Positions 1 through 9,573 of a DNA stretch of 33,953 bases are shown here, in pieces; positions within the stretch are counted from its first letter, which is position 1, and each line of letters opens with the position of its first letter. This DNA comes from Balamuthia mandrillaris (taxonomy: Eukaryota), in assembly GCA_031835245.2 (NCBI GenBank), contig JAVKOQ020000066.1, positions 186,001 through 219,953 of the forward strand, written 5' to 3'. Under the pieces are notes generated by a model, which did not search any database, had not been told where the DNA came from, and was given only the letters and a program-made list of their open reading frames with translations. A program made the translations under genes and the position numbers.

Positions 1-178
1 CGTGTCTCCTCCACGGCGAGTTCGAGAGGTGCCCATACCCAGGAGGTAACCTACAACCTCAGGTTACTTTCTCAGGTAGGTCACTTTCTTCTGCCTCCAC
101 CTCTTCTCCTCCTCCTTGCGGGGTTGCGAGCAAGGAGAGGAGAGAGGATATGCACCAGGATAGGCTTTGGCTCCTGTT

Positions 179-787
179 TCAGGATCGAGGTAGATCGTTT
201 CTTTGGCGCAAGGGGCAAGCTTGTTTCGTTGGGACTTCGGGACATGCACAAAGGCAGAACAACCGAATATACGAAGGTGAGCGATGGACCATGCGAACTG
301 CTTCTGCCCAGAATTGGTCGCCCAGTTTAGCTTGCTGAAGCATGCATCGTGCTGCTTCCATGAGGACTCTGTTCTTGCGCTCGGCGACGCCTTTTTGATG
401 AGGAGCATTCGCTGCTGTCCTTTGCTGTTCGATACCGAGTACGCTGAGACGTTCCTTGAACTTTTCGCTGAGATATTCTCCGCCACCGTCGCTTCGGAAC
501 TTACGAATATCGAGGCCGGTCTGCTTGACCACACGAGCGCGGAAATGTTCAAAGTGTTCAGGAACTTCATTTTTGCGTTTCATAAAGTAGACCCAAGTTT
601 TACGAGTAGCGTCATCGGTGAAGGTGACAAAGTAGCGAGCGCCACCGTTCGAGGGACTCATAGGGCCACAGACATCAGAGTGGATGAGAGCTAGTCTTTC
701 GGTTTCACGCGTCGAGGACTTCTTCGGTTTTAGGTGCCTTGACTCGTTGTTGCTTACCGAGGATGCAGGCTTGGCATGGAGGAACAT
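179..787 (-). pseudogene. Copia integrase (rve) core, frameshifted at both ends
   Basis: DD35E motifs LIHSDVCGPM, FVTFTDD, FRSDGGGEY, GVAERKNR, FWAEAV; continues in another frame as HLRIFGCSAFVHVPK. Confidence 0.92.
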
Positions 788-1964
788 CCGAGAGTTTTGC
801 TTCCGCTACCGCTGGAGAATTTAACGCCATTGACGAGAGGTAACCGACGGAGAGAGTTGAGGTTGATATGACCGAGACGTCGATGCCAGAGTTCGAGGGA
901 TGTGGGCTGCAGATAGGCAGGAGTGTTTGTGGGATGCCGCGAAGTAGAGGAGAGAGGCTCTTTGGAGGAGACCGAGCTTGCAAAGTTAGCGTAGGCGTGA
1001 CCGTCTTTGATGACGTGATAAGCACGGACCAGGGAGGTTCCGTTGAGCTTGGGTATGACAGCAACACATCTTTGCTTGTTGTCGTAGATGGGGCACGAGC
1101 TCATGTTGAAGTCGACCTTGAAGCCAGCGTCTGTGAGAGCTGACACGGAGAGTAGATTTGTAGTAAGGTCTGGAACTAGGAGAACGTTCCTGCTTGGGGT
1201 GAGTTTTGGTTCTCTATTAAGTTTGCTGTTCAATGAAGATCGCGTTTCACTCTCCAGTCCTGTGTGGGACGACGTCACCCTTCCCTTTGTCACCGTTGGC
1301 ACTGCTGAGGAGGGCACAGACTACACTCTCTTTTCCGAGTCCAAAAGCCCAGCAGAATTCTCGGCAGGATCCAGCTCTGTTGAACTGATCCTGTTCTTCC
1401 CAGAAGCACCATTCACAGGCTACCGCTCCTTGCAGTTCCAGTTCTCGGAAGCATCACCAGCACAGATCGAGGTGCCGGATGTGGAGAGTGCCACCATCCT
1501 TCTGACCAGCACTCGCAGGGCGGGAACGTGGAATTCCTTTTTTTCTTCGTCGCTACGAACTGCTGCTTGAGGAGCCTTTGCTCTGTCGGGCAGGGTTTGC
1601 TGCCGGTTCTGGTGGTGAAGAGGCGCGGGCCTGTTCTTCCGGGATGACCTTGGCCCTTTTTGCTTCGGCGAGAGTGCTCCACCATCGCGGTGTTCAGGGC
1701 CTCGTCCACCGTTCTCGCAGCGTTAGCCCCACGAAAAAGATCATGGTACTCGTCGGGAAGATAGACGACGGCGATCGTCGCTTGAGTGGAACTGCCGACA
1801 GAAAGAATGGGATTTTCCGGTTTGTTGGCATAGAGGGTCAGTTTGTTGGGTAGGTCATTCAGAGATGCCAACGACGATGAAGCAGTGAGCGGTAGTGTCG
1901 TAGTTTTCGCCATCTAAGATGGGAAGAGAGTTGCTAGAGCGTAGAGTCGTCATGTTGTGAGTTA

Positions 1965-1977
1965 CAGGCCCATAACC
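1965..1977 (-). promoter_or_regulatory. Primer-binding site of the copia element (internal-tRNA-iMet type, GGTTATGGGCC)
   Basis: Minus strand reads ...CTAACA|GGTTATGGGCCTG: an LTR-terminal CA directly followed by the copia/Ty5-type PBS. Confidence 0.85.
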
Positions 1978-2210
1978 TGTTAGAAGAGTAGAAGTGTGCA
2001 GTGGAAGGAAAACAATGTGTGGAAGAAAAGATGTGTATTGTCTGTCTATCTGTTAGAGTACAAACGATAAAGAAGCTCTTTAAATATAAGAGCGGGAGAA
2101 AGGAGAATTAGGATAGCGTCGTAGCCATCAGAAGGAAAGAAAGAGATGGCACGAGCAAAGAGACCTGATGACCTGGCGCGCCTCCCAACGCATCTATCCG
2201 CATCCGAACA
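1978..2210 (-). repeat. Putative 5' LTR of the copia element (outer boundary uncertain, ~2190-2210)
   Basis: Starts TGTT at 1978 next to the PBS; candidate AACA end at 2210; TATA-like TATATTTAAA on minus strand near 2080-2089. No second LTR in the window to confirm. Confidence 0.5.
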
Positions 2211-2679
2211 CCCTTTCCTGAGAGCTTTCGCAACGGCTGAACAACGCTTCCATAATATTAGCATTTGGGGGGGAGGAAGGGGAGGAGGCGGCTTCTGCAA
2301 GGCCTTGCTCTGATACAAGTTGCACATGGACAGGCAGCTCCTCGTCGCGCTTGTGCTTTTGGTCTGCTCCATTCAAATGGATTTCTTTACGTTTGTTCGA
2401 TGCTTCTTTCGTTGTTTTACAGTGCCCATCCCAATAGTGGTGACGGACAACACAGTCGCAAAAACAAGCGTCACACAGGAAGGGGAACGCGGAGTCGTTT
2501 TGGCTTTGTTGTTCGCGAGGTTTTGAGTTGTGAGCAACAAAAAAAATGTTACTGTGGTACAATAATAAACAGAGTTCTCCCACACCATCTCCTTCCCTCG
2601 CCTGCTGCCTCTTCGCTGCATCGGTGTCAGGAAGCGGAAACTCCTTCTCTCTTCAAACTCAGCGGTAAGGCTGTCCAAT

Positions 2680-3134
2680 GCAGCAGTTCTTGAGAGCAGC
2701 CAGCTGGCCCCTAACTCGGGGGCAGGGTCGTCAGCTGATTGTAGGCCATGACCCAATCTGTGAGGGCGGCTTACTCCTCTCACCTGTTGAGCAGTAAATG
2801 CGAGCACAACGAGGAAGTGATGGGAGCAGAAAGAGTGTTATTGTGCTTAAGAAAATAAGAAAGAAGAGTATAAATAGTAGAAGGGTAATTCTGGGAAGTA
2901 ACCTAGAATTGGTGAAGAGCGATAGTAGTGGCTATGGTGCTCATAACCCTCACGCACTGCGACCTATCGTTGAACCAGTTGAGATCTGCTCCCACCAATT
3001 GCAGCCAGTCGTTCAACCCGTTGAGGCCCATGACGCATTCTGTGAGGGCGGTGAGCTGCCCAACTCAGGCCCTCAACTGGAACAATGATAGGTCGCAGTG
3101 CGTGAGGCTTATCAGCACCATAGCCACTACCATC
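2680..3134 (-). pseudogene. Degenerate leucine-rich-repeat (LRR) gene fragments
   Basis: Frameshifted minus-strand remnants ALTDWVMAYNQLTTLPP-ELG-QLAALK and PELG-QLTALTE; the inverted arm reads LTHCDLSLNQLRSAP on plus (LxxLxLxxNxL). Confidence 0.65.
2921..3134. repeat. Long inverted repeat (63-bp arms 2921-2983 and 3072-3134, 88-nt loop)
   Basis: Arms match at 57/63 positions by manual comparison. Confidence 0.92.
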
Positions 3135-3865
3135 AATGCCTAACTCAGTGCGACCTCTCATTCATCCTCTTTTTCCTTCTCCCTTTTGAGCAAACGAACA
3201 AAAAAAAAAGCAAGCGGGTGAACGAACAGTTGGTGGGGAAACGAAAAGAGCGCTTAACCTTTTCAAATGGAGCACCTTTGCCTCCTGCCTGCGGCTTCCA
3301 CCTCTGCTTCCTTCCGCTGGTCTGGTCTTTGGGCAGTGGAAGTGAAGCCTTCAGAGGTACTTTCGTGGAGCTTTGGAGGTGTGTTGTCTGTACGTTTTGG
3401 AAAAGAAAAGAAAAATGAAAAGCGCGGAAAAAAAGAAAAGAGAAGAGAAAAATGTAGCGAGGCGAGTGACGAGCATCCAAGATGTATTTTCAAACATGAG
3501 CACCGCTTTGCCCTCACTGACGGGGAGAATGAAGGGTTGTTTTGGAGGGAAACATGCTCATTGGTCGTCAGAAGAAAGAAAGCCCTCAGCTTTTCGAGGA
3601 AACTTCAACAAGTGCACTACGCTGCAACGCTACGCAACGCAAACAGTCTTATAACACGGAAGAGGCCCCAACCCCTTTGTTAGTTTGGCCGGTTGTTTTT
3701 TCTGCCGCTCTGATCGAGATAATCCAATCGGATCTTTCGTTTGGCTTGTGGAGGCACTAGAAAATAATTGCCATGGAAACGGGGTTTGTAGATGTTGGAT
3801 AAGCGTCGACACCTTCCCTTTTTAGAAAAAAAGGAGGGGTCTACAAAATTATTCTCAGGAAAAAA

Positions 3866-4378
3866 ATGGAGCTGCACGAGGTGAAGGAGGAAAAGAAAGA
3901 AGAGAAAGCTGTTTTCACGCGCGAGAAACAGATTTGCGAACAACACTTTGTTTTTTCTATCCCCATAAACGCCTCTTTCCCTTTGTGGTATGGAGAGTTC
4001 GCCATCATTCCCAATTCTGTACTTTTACGCATGTTTCAGGAGCTCCTTCTTCCAAAGTTGTTGCCTTTGGTTTCAGTCAAGCCAAAGCCACTTCCTATCA
4101 AGTGTGCTGTTCGCTTGGATCACGACCTTCATAAATTAATCTTCGGTAGCGCCAAAGAGGTGTTCCTCAACGAAGCACAAATCAACCAAGTTTTTGGTGT
4201 TTCTATTCGCCTAAACCTCAAAGGCGGATGTTATGCCCTCCTTTGTGCTCCAATCAAAGTTGCACGAAAGAACAAGAACAAAAACACTGTGTTAGAGGTG
4301 AATTATGAAGTTTACAACAAATATGACGTCCTTCAATGGCCAGAACACTGGGTTTGTTTTCCTCCCTTTAGTTCTTGA
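3866..4378 (+). CDS. Hypothetical 170-aa protein, probable transposon accessory gene
   Basis: Intact ATG-TGA ORF of ordinary complexity; its stop codon directly abuts the native transposase stop on the other strand. No recognisable domain. Confidence 0.6.
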   Translation: MELHEVKEEKKEEKAVFTREKQICEQHFVFSIPINASFPLWYGEFAIIPNSVLLRMFQELLLPKLLPLVSVKPKPLPIKCAVRLDHDLHKLIFGSAKEVFLNEAQINQVFGVSIRLNLKGGCYALLCAPIKVARKNKNKNTVLEVNYEVYNKYDVLQWPEHWVCFPPFSS

Positions 4379-4464
4379 TCATTCTTCTTCTTCATCTAAC
4401 TCATACTCTTCTGCATCTGTTTCCTCTTCTTCCATAGTAAAACTTGCATCATCCTCATCACTGT

Positions 4465-4963
4465 TCTCCGCCTCAGCCATTGCCTCCGCCTCGACAGCTG
4501 CCTCCGCTCGGATCTGCTGCCGACGAAACCGGCGCGGTGACACCCTATGGCCAGCCGGTCGAAGACAACCGGCTGATCGAGGTGACCGAAGCCGTGCTGG
4601 CCTCGGCCGACTGGCGCCAGCGGCGCGCCGAGATCGATGCGCATAACGCTGCCAATCCGGTCATCCGCCGGGGGCTGGCGATGATGCCGGTCAAGTTCGG
4701 TATTTCCTTCAACCTGACCTCGCTCAATCAGGCCGGTGCGCTGGTGCACGTCTATCTCGACGGTTCGATTTTCCTCAACCACGGCGGCACGGAAATGGGG
4801 CTCCGCCGACCACACTGCCTCTGCCTTGACCGCTGCCTCCGCCTCGACTGCTGCCTCCGCCTCGACCGCTGCCTCCACCTTGACTGCTGCCTCCGCCTCG
4901 ACCGCTGCCTCCACCTCAACTGCTGCCTCCGCCTCGACTGCTGCCTCCTCCTCAACTGCTGCT
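4465..4963. repeat. 18-bp coding minisatellite (CTCGACTGCTGCCTCCGC)n encoding (EAEAAV)n, split by the xdhB insert
   Basis: Tandem units at ~4465-4520 and ~4801-4963. Confidence 0.9.
4521..4800 (+). other. xdhB: Internal fragment of a bacterial xanthine dehydrogenase molybdopterin-binding subunit gene (contaminant chimera or HGT)
   Basis: Translates to TPYGQPVEDN...RRAEIDAHNAANPVIRRGLAMMPVKFGISFNLTSLNQAGALVHVYLDGSIFLNHGGTEMG; abruptly GC- and CpG-rich with bacterial-type codon use. Confidence 0.9.
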
Positions 4964-7940
4964 TTTATACAGTATTTCCTCCAAAGTTCTGGGGCTGTTT
5001 CCAACGTCTCTGTGCTCCAATTTTTTTTTTGAGCTTTTGTTGTTCGTTGTCTCTTCCTTGGTCTATGAGGAAGTGTTTGCTCTGCTGCATAGTATTCAGC
5101 ACGAAATTCAGCTGTCAATTGTTGGTAAGTAGCATTTTTAGCCCCTGAACCAAGATGATATCCACTTGTTTTTTTCTTTTTGTTGAGGAAATGCTTATTT
5201 TCAATATCATAATTAGCAAGCTTTTCCAAGCATCCAAAGCGTTCAAGGAAAAAGCCAAAGTGGTATACAAAGATATGGATATAAGGAGTAACTTCTGGGT
5301 CTCGATACCGTTCAACAAAGGCCTTACCAAAAGGTCGAGCCTCCTCTAACCACTGTTGAGCTGTAATTTTGACCTGTTTTCTTTTGGTAAATATATCTTT
5401 CTTTCCTTTGCTCTCCTCTGCTCTGCTTTCCTCTTCTCTTTCTTCCCTCTCCTCCCCTCTCCTCTCCTCTTTCCTTTTCTTCACTTCTTACCTTTGGTTC
5501 CATTGTTAAAGCAGCAAGATGTGTAAAGAGATTCCAAATTAAACGAGTGTTATTCACCTTGGTTTGCTTTCTTGCTTTGTCTGTTCCTTCTCTAATCACT
5601 GTTTCAAATGTTTTGAAAAACTCCTCACGTTTCTTTATAATATGAAGATACTCTGCTTGATTAAACTTTGCCTTTTTTACCCGTTGAGCCATTGTGACAA
5701 GTTTTTTGCTCTTGTTTGGAAGTTTTAGCTTTAAACTGCAAAATATAGTTTCCCATTGCATCTCAAGGTTTGTGTTTCGTCCTACATCTTCACTTAATAA
5801 CTCAAGTAGTTTCCTCATAATAGCCATAAATGCATGTAAATTGCATGGCACTGTATGTTTGAGGTCAAAGTTGAGAAGGCGCTTTCCACTAATTCCATAA
5901 TAAGTTCGTGCAAACTCTTTTTTTTGTGATATTGAGAGTTCTTCTGCTATATTTCCAAGTTCTTGCATCAACTCTTCATCACGAAAGGGCCAATTACTTA
6001 TATCAAAGTTTGCTATTTCATCTTTTGTTACTAGGCACCATGGGCATTTAAACTTTGACTTTGGATGAAAGCAAGAATACATTCCAACAAACTCAACTAG
6101 TGCTTTGAGATCACAGACAAGCACAGGCTCTAGTTGGTACTCTTTTCCTCCTGCTGTTATTGTTGCTCCATTAATCAACTCATTAATTGTCTTTGTTGCT
6201 TCTTTTAACTCAGTTCTAAGCTCTTGTCTATTTTCTTCTCCTTCAAAGACAATATATTGATGTGCATTCTTGCCTGACTTCGTTATTTCAAGGGTATACT
6301 CTTCCAAAATAAAGCTACCAACTTCATGACAACGCTCTCTTCGATTTGTCATAATTGCACCATCCCATGCAAACTTCACTATTAACTTTTTGTTCACTTC
6401 ACTTTTTGGAGGATTGTTCTCAAGAATCCAGCTCATATATTTCAATAATGGAAATTCCCATCCATGTCCACCCACTGTAACCTGTGGCTCCATAATAGAG
6501 TTCACCACTGCTTTTTGTCATTGGATATGATGCAATGAAGCTGAATCATCAAGTCTAAAAACAGACATAGTATAGTTCCAATGTTCATCTGTAATCAGGG
6601 AAGTGTCCTTATAAGCAAGAAGCACCTCTAGTGTTGGCTGTGGTAAGTATGCTTTTAATTCTTCCACATTTTCTTGCAAAAATCGAATAACAGAGGGATC
6701 TGCTTTTACTATCTCTGCCACAGTTGCACCAAAGCTTTGATAAGGAGCTAAGCAATGAAGAAGGGCCTTCGCTTTATCAACAAAGAAGCTTTTTTCTCTT
6801 TGATCTCTGTGAATAATTTCCTCCCAAGGTATTGTCTATTGTTTGTGTTATACAAGTGAACAAAAACAAAATAACAAGGGGAAATGAACCTGTAAATGTG
6901 CGTTGAGTTCTTTTATATCCCCTTCTCTCTTTTTTAGTCTGTTTTGTGCTTCTTCTTTACTAACTGCTTCCAATCTTTCTTTATCTTTTTTAGCTTTGGC
7001 ATTTGTTGCTATATTCACACAGCGTTGACAGTCATCAGTACAGTTTTGATGGTATGTATGAAGTTCATGATATACACATGCACTTTGGGAAGAGTATGAA
7101 TTCTTACAACCATTGGTGTGCTCACATGCCCAATTACCAACAGTTGCATTACCAGTTCTCTTTCCTTCCAACTTAGCACATATAGAACAGGTTTGTGGGT
7201 TACAGCTGTGCCCTTTTTTTTTTTTCTCATGCTTTGTCCTACTACCACTAGTCTGATATTGTACTCGATCTGCAGAAGCAGTGAGATTACAACAACTCTC
7301 GTGGCGACAAGTGAACGTCCTTTCTTCCTCCATCTTTTGTTTGTCCGTTGTGTAAAAAAAAAAACGGCCACCTTAATTAATTTGAGGAGGTCCAATTTCT
7401 ACAAAAGCTTGGACCTCAGTTTTTATGCCGCGGGCAAACGCTGCGCCAGCAGGAAAAAAATAAAGGGTAGCCCCTCATGTAGAAATTGGATAACTTCTAG
7501 TGGTGTGAAAATCTCATCAGGTTTTTTCTAATTATTACAACTTTCTCCCGAGTTTCTACCGATTTCCCCTTCCACTTCCTTTTTTCTGCCCCGGCGATTG
7601 GGCAAAAAAAAAAAAAAACGGAGAAAAGAAAAAGAGACCAAAAGAGAAAGCAAAAGGAGACAAGGAGGCAAAAGTAAAACTAAAAGCGAAGTGCTTCTTA
7701 CTAATGCAACAGTTCAAAAATTAAAGAAGAAAAAAATAAAGGCGCTTCTGTACAGTGTGGGCCACTTTTTTCCCAGCTCGCAAGAAGCACTCCGTGTTTA
7801 ACAACAAACAACAAAAACCGTTTTCTTTTCAGTCCTTCTGTTCTCTCCGCGTTTGTCCAAACGCTACACTACCACTTACAGGGCAGAAGAACAAAAATAA
7901 AAAAAGGGAGTGCCGCCGACCAAAGTGTGCGGCAGTCGCT

Positions 7941-8858
7941 TTACGTGTAGGAAGCCTTGTAGATGGAAGTCTTGGAGCGGTCCACGCCAAGGTGCTGGCG
8001 AGTGGCAGTGCTGACAGGGGCTGAGTGGCTTGCAGCAGGGAGGGACTTTCGTCGCTTTCGAGGAGGGAGGGAAATGGTTCGTCGAGGACGGCCACCGTCC
8101 ACGCTGTTGTTGCGGTGAGTTGAGGCGGTGGTAGGGGTTTGGCTGAGGGCGGTGAGGATGTGGGCGGCGCTGGTGGTGCTGCCGCAGGAAAAGAGCTTGC
8201 TGCCCAACCGACGACGAGGAGGGCGGGGTTTGCTGTTAGCCTCCAAGGAAGGCGGGGAGGAGGGGTAGGAGCGGCTTTTGGTGAGGGTGCGGCTGTCACG
8301 AGGGGTGACGGGGGCGCTGCTGGCAGTTTTGTGGCCACAACTTGCTCCAGCTCCACCTCCTTCCGCGTCGCAGTCGCTGTCATCGCAGCCATTGGTGCAG
8401 CTCTTGGCTGGGTCTCCCAGAAAGGTGGCACCACTTGCTTCGTGGTTGGCGTTGCCGTTGTTGTTGTGAGTTGTGTTGTACAGGGTGGCCACCAGGGAAG
8501 TGTAGCCTTTGTTCTCCTCTCGGAGGAGCCGAAGCAGAACGTAGACTTGCTCCGCAATGAGGTTCATCCTCTTCAGCTCCTCTTTTCGCTGGAGCACGTG
8601 TTTGAGGTTCATCTTGGAGGAAGTGCCCAGCGCCCGCTGCTCCTGCTGGAAGGCCTTGGAGAGATGGATGGCCTCGCTGCAGAACTCGGTAACCTGTTCC
8701 AGCACGCGCTGCGGGTCGTTACTGTGCAGGCCCTTCATCTCCTGCTGCTGGTGGCGGCCGCACACGGAGGAGGCAAGTTGTTCGGAGCAAGGGCCAACGG
8801 CGATATACCCGCCCACTCCGTCGTTTCCTGCAGCAGGCCACGTCCCCACACGAAGCAT
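7941..8858 (-). CDS. Hypothetical protein (coiled-coil-like N-half, S/T/P-rich C-half, PPRKRRK NLS-like motif); upstream exon possible
   Basis: ~305-aa GC-rich ORF between AT-rich intergenic tracts; no known domain recognised. Confidence 0.55.
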   Translation of the reverse strand: MLRVGTWPAAGNDGVGGYIAVGPCSEQLASSVCGRHQQQEMKGLHSNDPQRVLEQVTEFCSEAIHLSKAFQQEQRALGTSSKMNLKHVLQRKEELKRMNLIAEQVYVLLRLLREENKGYTSLVATLYNTTHNNNGNANHEASGATFLGDPAKSCTNGCDDSDCDAEGGGAGASCGHKTASSAPVTPRDSRTLTKSRSYPSSPPSLEANSKPRPPRRRLGSKLFSCGSTTSAAHILTALSQTPTTASTHRNNSVDGGRPRRTISLPPRKRRKSLPAASHSAPVSTATRQHLGVDRSKTSIYKASYT

Positions 8859-9573
8859 GTCAAGCACTGTCTGTGTTCTTCTAGCAAGGGGGAAAAACTA
8901 AATAAAAAGACCAAAACGAAAAAGCTTTGAAAAAGAAATTGAAGGAAACCACAAAAAAAATGAGTGGAGCTTTTATTTTGTTTTAAGTTTTTTGGTTTTT
9001 TCCGGCGCTGACTTGACTGGAGAAAGAAACTCCTTTTTCCTCTGTCCCCCCCGAGGTTGCCCCGCTGTGCCAAAACTCTCTTCTTTGTAGCGGTCAAATA
9101 AAAGGTATGAGTTGCCTTAATCATCTCAGCACAAGACAACACACCTCCTCCTCTTCCCTCTTCACCAAACACCTAAAAAGCAATCAGCGCAAGAAAAAAG
9201 TTTACCAGCGTGGAACAACATCCAAGCCAACCTATTCCATTTCCGCGCTTGGGACCAAATAAGGTATGGGTTCGGCGAATGAAAACCGGAAAAATTAATA
9301 AAAATGGTGAAAGATCTAGCCGGTTTACCTTATCTCCAGTATCGAATCATTTTAAGGCAAAAACCATCGTAGTAAAAATTACGACCCCAAAAAAATCTGG
9401 CACGTTGTTTCGTTGACTTTTGCTCTGGTTTAAGGTGGCCGTTTCGTTGATGGGTGATCAACAATGGTGTTGTCTCCACTCCGCAATAACTTCATGTCGA
9501 GCCAGCAATACACGACCACTGTTTGCAGTACTGCATTGGCAGTATGCAGGTCAACAAGCAAAACAAATTGAAG

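Larger units (their letters stand above)
150..2210 (-). mobile_element. Degenerate Ty1/copia LTR retrotransposon (5' LTR, PBS, gag, protease remnant, GAG-pre-integrase, integrase); RT/RNase H not seen in window
   Basis: Copia domain order across frameshifted minus-strand ORFs: protease-like NVLLVPDLTTNLLSVS and GAG-pre-integrase LWHRRLGH (754-1317), then integrase HSDVCGPM / FTDD / RSDGGGEY / GVAERKNR (179-787). Copia-type PBS lies next to an LTR end. Confidence 0.9.
4379..7333 (-). pseudogene. RAG1/Transib/Chapaev-like DDE transposase, 3 exons (7333-6890, 6835-5492, 5373-4379), with an in-frame TGA at 6518-6520 and a foreign insert in the tail
   Basis: Ordered motifs IVKFAWDG, FEGEE, VCDLK, CPWC, PCNLH, TPYIHIFVYH, DIENKH. 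Two phase-0 GT-AG introns (6889-6836, 5491-5374) join the ORFs in frame. N-terminal Cys/His modules; acidic tail ending ELDEEEE*. Confidence 0.82.
3755..7502. mobile_element. Two-gene DNA transposon with RAG1/Transib/Chapaev-like transposase and a convergent unknown ORF
   Basis: 8-bp inverted termini CACTAGAA (3755-3762) and TTCTAGTG (7495-7502). Shared subterminal motif TGTAGAnnTTGGATAA at 3787-3802 and 7478-7493. Both genes start 110-170 bp inside the ends and point inward. No clean TSD, so the ends are tentative. Confidence 0.65.

Noticed and set aside
3866..4378. RAG2-like protein
   Set aside because: Only 170 aa, with no kelch GG repeats or PHD finger; only its position resembles RAG2L.
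4444..5148. 234-aa XdhB/Cys-rich fusion gene
   Set aside because: Chance join of the xdhB insert with the antisense frame of the (EAEAAV)n repeat.
6518..6520. Selenocysteine or programmed readthrough at the in-frame TGA
   Set aside because: No SECIS evidence; CGA-to-TGA decay in a CpG-depleted TE is simpler.
3755..7502. Canonical CACTA/EnSpm element
   Set aside because: The termini read CACTA...TAGTG, but there is no 2-3-bp TSD and the motifs (CDLK, YIHxxxxH, IENKH) look closer to Transib/RAG1/Chapaev than to EnSpm DxPA/DxMH/ER. Not fully excluded without a phylogeny.
8139..8930. 263-aa plus-strand ORF
   Set aside because: Antisense shadow of the GC-rich minus-strand gene.
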